A DNA stretch of 64,000 bases from an uncultured Methanosarcinales archaeon (GTDB taxonomy: Archaea; Nanobdellota; Nanobdellia; Woesearchaeales; DSVV01), in contig CAYVNN010000002.1 of the NCBI GenBank assembly GCA_964453185.1, positions 55,843-119,842 of the forward strand, given 5' to 3'. A model generated the notes under the pieces. That model saw only the letters and a program-made list of their open reading frames with translations, was not told the origin of the DNA and searched no databases. Made by a program: the position numbers and the translations under genes. How positions within the stretch are numbered: the stretch's first letter is position 1; the number at the start of each line of letters is the position of its first letter. Shown here piece after piece: positions 8,313 to 17,774 of the stretch.

Positions 8313-11300
8313 TTATGTTGTACTTGGAGGATTCAACAATGCTTCTACTTGAGATTTATTATAATACTCAAATTGATTTCTACTATTAATATGAACTAAA
8401 AACAGATCATCATTAGATGTTGGAACAACAACAAAATCAACATTTTCTTGTGTGGTTAATCCATTTAATTCAATAGCTGAACCATCTTCCACTTTAACAA
8501 CTGTTTGATCATTCAAAACTCTAACTTCAACATCTGTTCCAGCACTATCTTTAACAATATGTGGTTGAGTTAATTCTTCAAATCCAAGAACTGTATGATC
8601 AGTTAAACTTGCATAATCATGACTTGAACATCCACATGATTCAAATGCAACCTTAAACTCAGCTCCATTTCTTTCAGAATGTGCAAAGATATCAACAGCT
8701 GTTCCATTTAAATCTTGTGAAGTTGTATAAACTAAATTGTTTGGATCAAATCCATATCTACCTACAATAGGATCTTGACCAACTAAAAACATTGTTCCAT
8801 TATGATTAACTGCAGCTCTATCTGTTGTTGTTAATCCTGCTAATACTGGTGCAGGTAATGGACCTGGTACTGGATCTGGTGTTGGTGCAACAGGACTTGG
8901 TGCTTCCATTGGTTTTGCAATATAAAGATGCTCTGCTCTATGACCATCAAAGTCATAATTAGGATCATTAACTAATGTCTTCACACCAACCATAAATTCA
9001 TCATCTAATGTATTCTCAAAAACACCAACATGTGCAAACTCTAATTCTCCCTCTTTATCAAACACAAGTTGTGTTGGTGTAGTATCACCATCACTCATAC
9101 CAAATATACCTTCAAAATTAGATAACAATTGATCATCAGTAGCAAGAACAACAGGTGTACCCTCATCTGAAGCAAATCTCCCACCATCTATATAATCCTC
9201 TCCTGGAGTAATATCTAATTCAATATTAACAAAATTCACATCAGCTGGATTAAAATTTCCTGCATTAGCAAAATTATAAACTGAATCTGCTGCTTGATTA
9301 AATTCTGCTTCTGTATCTAATGAAATTAAATTAACAACAGTAGGTTTATTATTTCCAACATCTTGAATAGTATCAAGAATACCTGTTGAACCTAATTCAG
9401 TCAGAGTTCCATATGATAAAACCTCTGATAATGTATAATTTGGAATAGTTAATCCACTAACTGCAGGTGCTGTTGGAAGAGGTGTTCTTCCTGCACATAA
9501 TGCTCTAACAGAGTTTTCAATCTCAGATGCAGAATCATTACCATACCAATGTTGTACTAAATTTCCTTCTTTATTAAACAATAAATTAATTGGTGTATCT
9601 CCACCATTAGCAATACCTGAACTTTCTAATGCTGTCCATGCTTCTGCGTCTGAAAAATCAACAACATCGTATGCTGGATTATATCCTTCATCTTTTAAAT
9701 CTTCAACAACTGAATTAATATAAGGTAAGTCTGCTTCAGGACTTGATCTATTCCCTAATTCTGCTACAACAACATCAAATTCCTTATCAGAATATCTACC
9801 ATATAAGTCATCAGCAACAGCTAATGCTCCATTTGGATTATCTAATGTTGTATCTGTTGGATCATCAACACCAAACATTGTAACTAATAAAGCATTTGTC
9901 TCATCTGTTAATTGAGCATTGATATCATAAACATCTCCACCTAAACCAGTCATTGGAACATTAGATAAATCATTTAATGTCATCTGTGGTACAACAGGAG
10001 GATCTACCGGTCCTGGAACTACTGGGTCAGGTGTCACAGGTTGTGGTCCTGGTTGAACTGGGTCAGGTACAACTGGTTGTGGTCCTGGAACTACTGGTCC
10101 AGGTTGAGTAGGTGTTGTTCCTGGTCCTGGAATAACAATAGGATCTGAAACAGGACGATAAACATTATCATTATAAGGCATCATTGGTGCATCATTACTT
10201 GTATCAATTGTATTAATATTACATGCATTAGTTTGAGGAGTATGTTGTCGCCCAATTAAAGGATGATATTGTTCCTGTCCTTGTCCTCTACATGGACAAT
10301 CATCTGACGGTTGTACTGGATCAGGTTGAACTATTGGATCAGGTGTACTTGGATCAGTAGGAACCACTGGATCTGCACCATGATCTACTCTAAACTTAAA
10401 GTCAACAACAGTATCATCACCAAAACCTAATGCTCTTGAATAACTATTTCCAGAATTAACTGAATCTAAATAATCATTGTCTGATACGGAAACTTGTACT
10501 GTATGAACTTCCTCAGGATTTAAATGTGAAACATCAAATCCATTTGTAACTTCTGCATTTCTTGGAACCCATCCTTCTCTATGGACATGATCTCCATCAA
10601 TATAAAAATCAATATGATCAATTCCACTTCCTGTAAACCAATTTACAATACCAGTAGAATTTTCTTGAACTCTAAAACTTAAATTTAATTCTCCATCTGT
10701 AATAGGATCAGCAAATACTCTTGTTCCACCCTCAACAACTGTTGAATTTGAAACCCATTCTCTTGTTTCCATATGTACTTCATAAAGATTAGGATCTTCT
10801 GTACTCATTTTATCATGAGCAACACCAAATTCATGATCACCAAATCCTGCTGCTCTATTTCCATGAAAAATACATTCACAATTAATATCTAAATCATTTG
10901 AATCTAAAGAATGTGTACTCCAACTATCTACATGTTGAGCTTGTCCACTTCCATCATAAATCCATGCATCCTCGTCGTGAATACCATTTAGTGTAAAATC
11001 ATCTGAAATACTAAATTCACCACCTTCAATAGTAATTGCTCCTGCTTGAACTCCTTTAATTACAACATCAGTAATATTATTATCAAAAACAATTTTTCCT
11101 TCATTGTTCTCAACAACAGTATGTCCATTTTCTGTTGAAACTTCATATCCATTAACAACAACATCATCTAATGTTGCTGCATGTGCAGTTGCCGGTGCAA
11201 ATGCTCCAACTAAACCTGCTACCGGAACAATACCAATTGCAGCAATATCTGAAATCTTTGATAATAATGAACCATTATTTCTAGTTCCTTCATCTGCTGA

Positions 11301-12197
11301 TTTACTCATTTTTGCAGCTGCATATCTTAATCCATAATTAGCTGCTAATGCTCCCCCTACAACTCCTAATGCAAGTGGACCACCAAATGCAGCACTCTTC
11401 ATAGTAATCGCTGCTAATCCTGCTAATCCTGCCCCTAATTGTGTTGCTTCTTGAGAAACTTTATCTTTTAAAACATAACCAGCTAAATCTGCTGCTGGCT
11501 TTGCAACAATCTGACTTCCAACTAATGAAGCTGCAACATAACCTGCTGCTCCTAAAGTCATTGCACCAACTCCTAAATAACTAGCTGCTAATGGCGCAGC
11601 AATTAATGCAGCTGGTGTCAAAGCTGCTCTCTGCATCTTTGTTAATTTAAATCCTCTATCAATATGATCTCTCTCAGCATAACCTAATTCTGCAAAAGCA
11701 TCATGTAATGTTCTTGCCATATCTCCTGATTGAGCTTGATTAACATAACTTGTTAATGTTCTTGTATGTCCTCTTTGCTCTCTAGCTCTCGATAATACTT
11801 GTGTAACATAACCTACTTCTTGATCTGATAATCCTGTTGAAAAGTAAGTTTTAACTGGTGCAGTCATAACATTTGCAATATATTTAGCAACTCTTCCTAA
11901 TCTTGTTGCTGGTTGTGATTCATTTTTAACTAATAAATTTCCTTGACCTTGTTCAAGAACATAATCTAAACCTTGTACTGATAATTTTCCATTTTTCATA
12001 TAGCCTTGAATATTAGCTTGTGTAGTAGCATCTACTGTAGCTAAATTCTCTTGTAAATTAGCGCTTGCTTTAGCTAAATAACTATCAGCATAACCTTTTT
12101 CAGAACCTGTTAACATACATTTTACTCTATCAACTAATGAAACTCTTTCTTGTGAAATTCCTGCATTTGCAGTCATTGTAGTAGCATAATTACTCAT
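8313..12197 (-). CDS. giant (about 1294 aa) membrane-anchored surface protein with a Pro-rich linker and large ectodomain
   Basis: Start at the ATG at 12197, preceded by GGGGG. The first ~190 aa are hydrophilic, followed by 3-4 hydrophobic helices (aa ~200-345). A long extracellular region then contains PVQPGPQPVTPDPVVPGPVDPP linkers. Confidence 0.55.
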   Translation of the reverse strand: MSNYATTMTANAGISQERVSLVDRVKCMLTGSEKGYADSYLAKASANLQENLATVDATTQANIQGYMKNGKLSVQGLDYVLEQGQGNLLVKNESQPATRLGRVAKYIANVMTAPVKTYFSTGLSDQEVGYVTQVLSRAREQRGHTRTLTSYVNQAQSGDMARTLHDAFAELGYAERDHIDRGFKLTKMQRAALTPAALIAAPLAASYLGVGAMTLGAAGYVAASLVGSQIVAKPAADLAGYVLKDKVSQEATQLGAGLAGLAAITMKSAAFGGPLALGVVGGALAANYGLRYAAAKMSKSADEGTRNNGSLLSKISDIAAIGIVPVAGLVGAFAPATAHAATLDDVVVNGYEVSTENGHTVVENNEGKIVFDNNITDVVIKGVQAGAITIEGGEFSISDDFTLNGIHDEDAWIYDGSGQAQHVDSWSTHSLDSNDLDINCECIFHGNRAAGFGDHEFGVAHDKMSTEDPNLYEVHMETREWVSNSTVVEGGTRVFADPITDGELNLSFRVQENSTGIVNWFTGSGIDHIDFYIDGDHVHREGWVPRNAEVTNGFDVSHLNPEEVHTVQVSVSDNDYLDSVNSGNSYSRALGFGDDTVVDFKFRVDHGADPVVPTDPSTPDPIVQPDPVQPSDDCPCRGQGQEQYHPLIGRQHTPQTNACNINTIDTSNDAPMMPYNDNVYRPVSDPIVIPGPGTTPTQPGPVVPGPQPVVPDPVQPGPQPVTPDPVVPGPVDPPVVPQMTLNDLSNVPMTGLGGDVYDINAQLTDETNALLVTMFGVDDPTDTTLDNPNGALAVADDLYGRYSDKEFDVVVAELGNRSSPEADLPYINSVVEDLKDEGYNPAYDVVDFSDAEAWTALESSGIANGGDTPINLLFNKEGNLVQHWYGNDSASEIENSVRALCAGRTPLPTAPAVSGLTIPNYTLSEVLSYGTLTELGSTGILDTIQDVGNNKPTVVNLISLDTEAEFNQAADSVYNFANAGNFNPADVNFVNIELDITPGEDYIDGGRFASDEGTPVVLATDDQLLSNFEGIFGMSDGDTTPTQLVFDKEGELEFAHVGVFENTLDDEFMVGVKTLVNDPNYDFDGHRAEHLYIAKPMEAPSPVAPTPDPVPGPLPAPVLAGLTTTDRAAVNHNGTMFLVGQDPIVGRYGFDPNNLVYTTSQDLNGTAVDIFAHSERNGAEFKVAFESCGCSSHDYASLTDHTVLGFEELTQPHIVKDSAGTDVEVRVLNDQTVVKVEDGSAIELNGLTTQENVDFVVVPTSNDDLFLVHINSRNQFEYYNKSQVEALLNPPSTT

Positions 12198-12335
12198 TTT
12201 ATATCCCCCACACCCCTTTAACACCACTTAGGAGTGATGATTTCTTTATAAAGGTTTTGATTTTATATATAATAAGACAGCATTTTCCCTAAAAATCCAA
12301 TAATTTTATAAAATACCAACTAATCTAAATTAGCT

Positions 12336-14909
12336 ATGAAACATAGTATTTGGACAGAAAAATATAGACCTTCAACATTTGAAGAGATAAAAGGTCAAAA
12401 AGACGCAATTTCTAAGGTTAAAGCATTTGTTGAGCAAAAAAACATGCCGCACTTAATGTTTGCAGGTCCAGCTGGCGTTGGTAAAAGTACAACTGCTTTA
12501 GTTATAGCAAAACAATTATTTGGCAAAGAATGGAGAAATAATTTCCTTGAACTTAATGCATCTGACGAGAGAGGAATTGATGTAATCAGAGTAAAAGTTA
12601 AAGATTTTGCAAGGACAAGAGCCATAGGTGATGTACCATTTAAAATCATCTTCCTTGACGAGTGTTTAGATTATAATTCTAAAATTATTGTACAATCAAA
12701 CTATGGCATTGAAGAAGTTTCTATTGGTAATTTCGTTGAAAATTTTGATTTTCAAAATTATAAAATCATGTCTGTAGATGATAGTGGAGACATGATTTAT
12801 TCAAAAATTACCAAAACTATGAAGCTTCCTCATAATGCTAGTCATGGATACTACAAAATTAAAGTACATGATAAAGAAATAATTGTAACAGGAAATCATG
12901 AATTTTTATCAATTAATGGGTGGAAAAGAGCTGATGAGTTGAAGATAAAAGATCTAGTTCTATGCCCACAAAAAATTCCAATTATTAACAGAATCGAATC
13001 TAATAAACCATTGATATACAATTTAATAGGTTTACCACAGGAGATAAGAAAAAAAGAGAGATATTTACCACAGGAGATAAGAAAAAAAGAGAGATATCTT
13101 CCAAGATCACCTGAAAAACAAATTATTGAATTATTAGGAAAATATCCGGAAGGTTTAACTAGAGAAGAAATAACATTAAAAAGTAAAGTAAGTACTTCAA
13201 AAATAACTTCTATTTTAAGTGATAAAAACAATGTTTATTACATTCCACTAAGAAAACATAAGATCATTAAGAAAAATAAAGACAGATATATTTTAGGAGA
13301 TAATACAGGCAATTCCCTAGACAAGCTTTATAAAATTAAAAGGACACAAAATAATACAAATCAAGAATTCATCTTAACTCAACTTAAATCAAAAGAATTA
13401 TTTCCTATAAAAAGAGAAAATGCAATAATCTGTGCTAGGATTTTAGGGCACCTATTTAGTGATGGTTGTTTAACCCTTAAAAGTAAGCAACTATTTTTCT
13501 CTGGAAAAGAAGAGGATTTAAAAACTATAAAGAAAGATCTTAATAAATTAGGCTATTATTCATTAGGTAATATTAGACATTCAAAATGGAAAAAAGGTGA
13601 ATGTTGGTCTTTTGGAGCTTATAAACTAGAGTTATTAAGCTTATTTTACTCATTAGGTGCCCCAGTAGGAAAAAAGACAGACAATGTAGTAAGAATCCCT
13701 GAATGGATAATGGACAGTGACTTAACTATACAATCAGCATTCTTATCTGCCCTCTTTGGTGGAGATGGTTATGAACCAAAGTTCCAAGGGAGAACAGTCA
13801 AACAAATATTAATAGGAATCTCTAAGCGAGAAGATTTACAAAATAACCTAATTGAGTATCTGAAACAAATACAACAGTTACTTTCCAGATTTAATATAAC
13901 CTCAAGATATAGAATTTGTCCAGGTTATAAATCCACACGGAAAGACAATACAAATACTATTGAAGGCAGAATCTGGATTACTAATTCAATGGAAAATATT
14001 TATAAATTTCTAACTAAGATTGGATATTCATATTGCCAATATAAAGAAAAAACTACAAAAGATGTTATAAAATATTTGGATTGGAAAAAGAGTTTAGGAA
14101 AATTTATTTACACATTTAAACCAGTCCCTTATTTCTATGAATGGAGAGAAAATCTTATGCTTGGTGATTCTTCCTATCATTATGTAACATCTATTGAAAA
14201 AATTAAAGATCCAGATTTTGTATACTGTGTATCTACAGAATCTGGAAGATTTATAGCAAATAATATTGTAGTACATAATTGTGATGCTCTAACAAAAGAA
14301 GCACAACAAGCTCTGAGAAGAACAATGGAAAACTATACATTAACCACAAGATTTGTTTTATCATGTAATTATTCTTCAAAAATCATTGATCCAATCCAAA
14401 GTAGATGTGCAATGTTTAGATTTAAACGTCTACAACAAGATGAAATCATTGATTTAATCAATCATATTGCTACAGCAGAACAATTAAATATCGACGAGGA
14501 TGCAAAAAAAGCATTATACACAGTTTCTGAGGGAGATTGTAGAAAAGCAGAGAATATATTACAATGTTGTACTGCAATTAACAAACACATAACAAAAGAC
14601 CTAATATTTAGTATGGCATCTGTTGCAACACCAACAGAAATCAGAGAAATGCTAGAATTAGCTATTAATAATAAGTTTGTCGACGCTAGAAACAAATTAT
14701 TAGATACAATGTTAAAGTATGGTTTAAGTGGAATTGATATAATCAAACAAATAAACAGAGAAATCTGGAAACTAGATATCGACGACAAAATGAAAGTACA
14801 ACTCATCGACAAATGCGGAGAAACTGAATTCAGAATGACTGAAGGCAGTGATGAGTATTTACAACTTGAAGCATTATTAGCTAATTTTACTCTGTGTAGT
14901 TTGAAATAA
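12336..14909 (+). CDS. rfcS: replication factor C small subunit interrupted by an intein
   Basis: N-terminal EKYRPSTFEEIKGQ...FAGPAGVGKST Walker A, and IIFLDE|C...VVHN|CDALT Walker B split by the intein. C-terminal SRCAMFRFKRL sensor region. Confidence 0.9.
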   Translation: MKHSIWTEKYRPSTFEEIKGQKDAISKVKAFVEQKNMPHLMFAGPAGVGKSTTALVIAKQLFGKEWRNNFLELNASDERGIDVIRVKVKDFARTRAIGDVPFKIIFLDECLDYNSKIIVQSNYGIEEVSIGNFVENFDFQNYKIMSVDDSGDMIYSKITKTMKLPHNASHGYYKIKVHDKEIIVTGNHEFLSINGWKRADELKIKDLVLCPQKIPIINRIESNKPLIYNLIGLPQEIRKKERYLPQEIRKKERYLPRSPEKQIIELLGKYPEGLTREEITLKSKVSTSKITSILSDKNNVYYIPLRKHKIIKKNKDRYILGDNTGNSLDKLYKIKRTQNNTNQEFILTQLKSKELFPIKRENAIICARILGHLFSDGCLTLKSKQLFFSGKEEDLKTIKKDLNKLGYYSLGNIRHSKWKKGECWSFGAYKLELLSLFYSLGAPVGKKTDNVVRIPEWIMDSDLTIQSAFLSALFGGDGYEPKFQGRTVKQILIGISKREDLQNNLIEYLKQIQQLLSRFNITSRYRICPGYKSTRKDNTNTIEGRIWITNSMENIYKFLTKIGYSYCQYKEKTTKDVIKYLDWKKSLGKFIYTFKPVPYFYEWRENLMLGDSSYHYVTSIEKIKDPDFVYCVSTESGRFIANNIVVHNCDALTKEAQQALRRTMENYTLTTRFVLSCNYSSKIIDPIQSRCAMFRFKRLQQDEIIDLINHIATAEQLNIDEDAKKALYTVSEGDCRKAENILQCCTAINKHITKDLIFSMASVATPTEIREMLELAINNKFVDARNKLLDTMLKYGLSGIDIIKQINREIWKLDIDDKMKVQLIDKCGETEFRMTEGSDEYLQLEALLANFTLCSLK
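12663..14279 (+). other. intein (539 aa) with a LAGLIDADG homing endonuclease domain inside rfcS
   Basis: Begins with Cys at the DE|C junction and ends with HN, followed by Cys. Two LAGLIDADG-like motifs: ILGHLFSDGCL and LSALFGGDGY. Confidence 0.8.
13035..13100 (+). repeat. perfect tandem duplication (2 x 33 nt) inside the intein, encoding PQEIRKKERYL twice
   Basis: ccacaggagataagaaaaaaagagagatattta followed by ccacaggagataagaaaaaaagagagatatctt. Confidence 0.9.
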
Positions 14910-14911
14910 TT

Positions 14912-15511
14912 CTAAACAGCAGAAAAATATCTTATTAACAAATCATATGTTTTCCTGTATCTCTCTCTTATTTCTGGCATTATCTTATTCCATCTTCTAT
15001 GAGTAGAAGCAATTAACTCTCCTCTTTTTTCCGGTTCAAAAGTGTTTTCATAATCAATATAAAACCGTTTTCTCATATTCAATGAATCAACAGCATCAGC
15101 ACTTGCAAGAATCCTTGATTCAACTGAATCTCTAAATCGTGTAGTAGAACGATGTTCTCTAATTGAAGTATTAACTAATTCCAGGTTACCTTTGTATCCT
15201 AATTTGACTAATAACTTTGTTGCTTTCTCAGCACTTGTTTCTGCATGAACAGGATGATCCATTTCTCTAGAATAACCTCTAAACAACTGAGTATAATCAT
15301 GCAATAAAGCAGCCAATTCAACAACCTCAACATCTGCTCCAAACTCTTGAGCTAAAGGTACACCAATATCATAAACCCTTTCAATATGAAAATACTGAAA
15401 CCAAATTCTACCTTCTTCATAATCAGATGGTCTCTGTTCCATATCTTTATTATCAGGATTAACTAATCTAAGCAAATGTTCCCTAACTAAATCAACAATT
15501 GAATCTGTCAT
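14912..15511 (-). CDS. HD-domain phosphohydrolase
   Basis: Contains H...HD (LAALLHDY) and a downstream D. 199 aa. Confidence 0.65.
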   Translation of the reverse strand: MTDSIVDLVREHLLRLVNPDNKDMEQRPSDYEEGRIWFQYFHIERVYDIGVPLAQEFGADVEVVELAALLHDYTQLFRGYSREMDHPVHAETSAEKATKLLVKLGYKGNLELVNTSIREHRSTTRFRDSVESRILASADAVDSLNMRKRFYIDYENTFEPEKRGELIASTHRRWNKIMPEIRERYRKTYDLLIRYFSAV

Positions 15512-15711
15512 AATAATATAAAATACAAAACTAATTTAAAAAGGTTTTCATTCTGTGACAACAGACCAGTAGTAAAACCAAGAAGTTTATATACATGTAT
15601 ATCCACGTAGGTACATAGATAGTGAAATATATTACAATAACAAACCCATTATCATAATGGTTCATGCAGCCATACTATAATTATAAAAACTGTTGAGAGG
15701 GGAAAATTAAA

Positions 15712-16023
15712 ATGATGTGTCCAATATGTAAAAAAGGAAAAATGAAAAAAAGAAAAGATGTAATTAAACAAGATGGGGTAGACTTTGAAGCATATAAATG
15801 TGTAAAATGTGGAGAAGAAATAATGACAGTGAAACAACTAAAGTCCTTAGCTAGTAAATATAGAAAATTGAGAACAGCAAAGGAAATAACATTCGCAAAA
15901 TGGGGAAATAGTATTGCTGTAAGAATACCAAGTGATATTGCTGAAGAATTTAATATTACCGTCGGAAAACATGGAATGTTAACAAAAGAGAAAGAAGGCT
16001 TTAAAATAACTCCAGCCATTTAA
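15712..16023 (+). CDS. zinc-ribbon (YgiT/MqsA-like) fused to a SpoVT/AbrB (MazE-like) DNA-binding domain; antitoxin-like regulator with no adjacent toxin
   Basis: N-terminal CPICKKG...CVKCGEE. C-terminal AKWGNSIAVRIPSDIAEEFNI is the AbrB/MazE swapped-hairpin signature. Confidence 0.5.
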   Translation: MMCPICKKGKMKKRKDVIKQDGVDFEAYKCVKCGEEIMTVKQLKSLASKYRKLRTAKEITFAKWGNSIAVRIPSDIAEEFNITVGKHGMLTKEKEGFKITPAI

Positions 16024-16617
16024 TCAAATCCTCTTCATCTTTTCTTTAAACTGTTTAAAATCTTTAAACAAAATTCCCTTAATACCTAATTTCTCTCCTG
16101 CAACAATGTTTTCTTCTTTGTCGTCTATAAACAAACACTCCTCAGCAATTAATCCAGCATCTTTCAGAACATATTCATAAATCCCAGAATCAGGCTTACT
16201 TATCCCAATATCACAAGAAAAATACAATTTATCAAACATACCTCTTAGTTCTTCATAATTTCCTGATTTAACAAGATCAGAGAGATGTTTATTTTGATTT
16301 GACAACATAATAAACCTATAATATCTCTTTAATTCATTTAAATACCTAATCATGTCTTTATCATATACAACTGTTTCCTCCAATAACCCATATACATCAC
16401 GTACATCCATTGCCAAATTAAACAATTGATTTAGTTCATGTGTAAACTGTTGAAAACTTAGTTTATTAACATCAAGCAATTTAATTAATTTAATCACATC
16501 ATCTTTTTTATGTAATAAAGAAAAATGATACTTTTCCTCAAGAAGAGCAAGCCATCTTGGTGTATGTTGACCAATAGTTAAAACACCACCAAAGTCAATC
16601 AATAATGTATCTATCAT
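16024..16617 (-). CDS. HAD-superfamily hydrolase
   Basis: Motif I DFGGVLT at the N-terminus and a C-terminal FIDDKEEN motif (motif IV). Confidence 0.7.
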   Translation of the reverse strand: MIDTLLIDFGGVLTIGQHTPRWLALLEEKYHFSLLHKKDDVIKLIKLLDVNKLSFQQFTHELNQLFNLAMDVRDVYGLLEETVVYDKDMIRYLNELKRYYRFIMLSNQNKHLSDLVKSGNYEELRGMFDKLYFSCDIGISKPDSGIYEYVLKDAGLIAEECLFIDDKEENIVAGEKLGIKGILFKDFKQFKEKMKRI

Positions 16618-16661
16618 TTAAACAAATAAAAAATAAAGAAATATAAAAATTTATTCAATCT

Positions 16662-17570
16662 TTAATCCCAAAGTTCAGGATTTTCATTGATTCTTACAAC
16701 TTCTGCAATGTAGTCTTGGTAATAATATGTTAAAGTCAGATCAACTTGTTTAGTATACAATGCATCTTCTTCTAACTCATCACTTCTACATCTAATAGTT
16801 ATAATGTCTTCTTCTCCAGATCTTGACATTCTTGCAACAGAAGCATCGCCTTTTGCAGTACATGTAAATCCATCTGTGTTTACTTCAAAACCCACTTGAT
16901 CATAGAGATTTGAAAAATCATCACTTAGATAAGCTTTTGCTCTTCCTGCTCCTGCATTATAGACAGGTATTTCTAAATAGATTCTTCCATTACCTGCTGG
17001 TCTTTCTGTTACTCCACCAATTTGTATTGGACCTGCTGAAGCATAGGCTGTCTTTGAACCATACACATCACAATATCGTTCATCCTTAAGATCTTCTTTA
17101 AAACAAACTCTTGGAACTGCAATTTGTGTTGTATAAGGATATGTATATTCTAATAAAATATTTGCATCATAGAATGTTCCAGTCAATCCATCATATTTTA
17201 GATCACCTAAATCTACAACATCATAATCTCCTTCTGGTAAAAATTGTGAAACCTTTTCTAATTCATCATCATTAGTTACTTCAAAACTAATTCCTGAAAA
17301 GTCTGAAGGAGAGATTCCTTTAATTTCCATATAAATTTCATTAGATAATATTGTATGTTCACCTAAATTTTCTAAGATAACAACCAAAGGGAATGTTTCA
17401 TCTTCATAAATTTCATTTGTATCTATTTGAAAACTTGCAACTAATCCATATGTTCCACCATAGTATGGACTAACTACAGCTGCATCTGTCTGTGCAGTAT
17501 TTCCACAACCTGTAGATACAATTAGAATGATAACAGCAAGCATTATTAGTAATAGATTTCTTACACGCAT
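16662..17570 (-). CDS. secreted lipoprotein (paralog 1 of 3)
   Basis: Start at the ATG at 17570 (MRVRNLLLIMLAVIILIVSTGCGN), preceded by a GGAGG RBS. The longer track ORF runs into repeat copy B. The C-terminal region is similar to the two downstream genes. Confidence 0.5.
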   Translation of the reverse strand: MRVRNLLLIMLAVIILIVSTGCGNTAQTDAAVVSPYYGGTYGLVASFQIDTNEIYEDETFPLVVILENLGEHTILSNEIYMEIKGISPSDFSGISFEVTNDDELEKVSQFLPEGDYDVVDLGDLKYDGLTGTFYDANILLEYTYPYTTQIAVPRVCFKEDLKDERYCDVYGSKTAYASAGPIQIGGVTERPAGNGRIYLEIPVYNAGAGRAKAYLSDDFSNLYDQVGFEVNTDGFTCTAKGDASVARMSRSGEEDIITIRCRSDELEEDALYTKQVDLTLTYYYQDYIAEVVRINENPELWD

Positions 17571-17651
17571 AATATATCCCTCCTTAATTATAAGTATATA
17601 CTTAATATACCTCTTTATATAATTTGTGGTAAAAATAACAATACTAGCATT

Positions 17652-17753
17652 AAAACCAGCGCCTTGAGTCACTATCTTATTTCTTCATAACTACGCACTA
17701 AAATATGTTGCGTTAATGAAAATTCCTCATAATGCCAGACTCGCTCTGGTTTT
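17652..17753. repeat. structured inverted-repeat element, copy B (CATTAAAACCAGCGCCTTGAGTCACTAT ... AATGCCAGACTCGCTCTGGTTTTAATG)
   Basis: The terminal stem is changed on both arms (AAAACCAG/CTGGTTTT) and the inner stem is changed on both arms (GAGTC/GACTC) relative to copy A. The core CGCCTTG..CACTAT / AATGCCAGA..CGC is retained. Confidence 0.75.
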
Positions 17754-17774
17754 AATGATTCATTATTGACTTTA

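Noticed and set aside
12896-13231. Track ORF 12896..13231 (-) and other short antisense ORFs inside rfcS, hppA (34749..35336) and the MgtC gene
   Set aside because: They are internal to well-supported genes on the opposite strand, with hydrophobic low-complexity translations and no start context.
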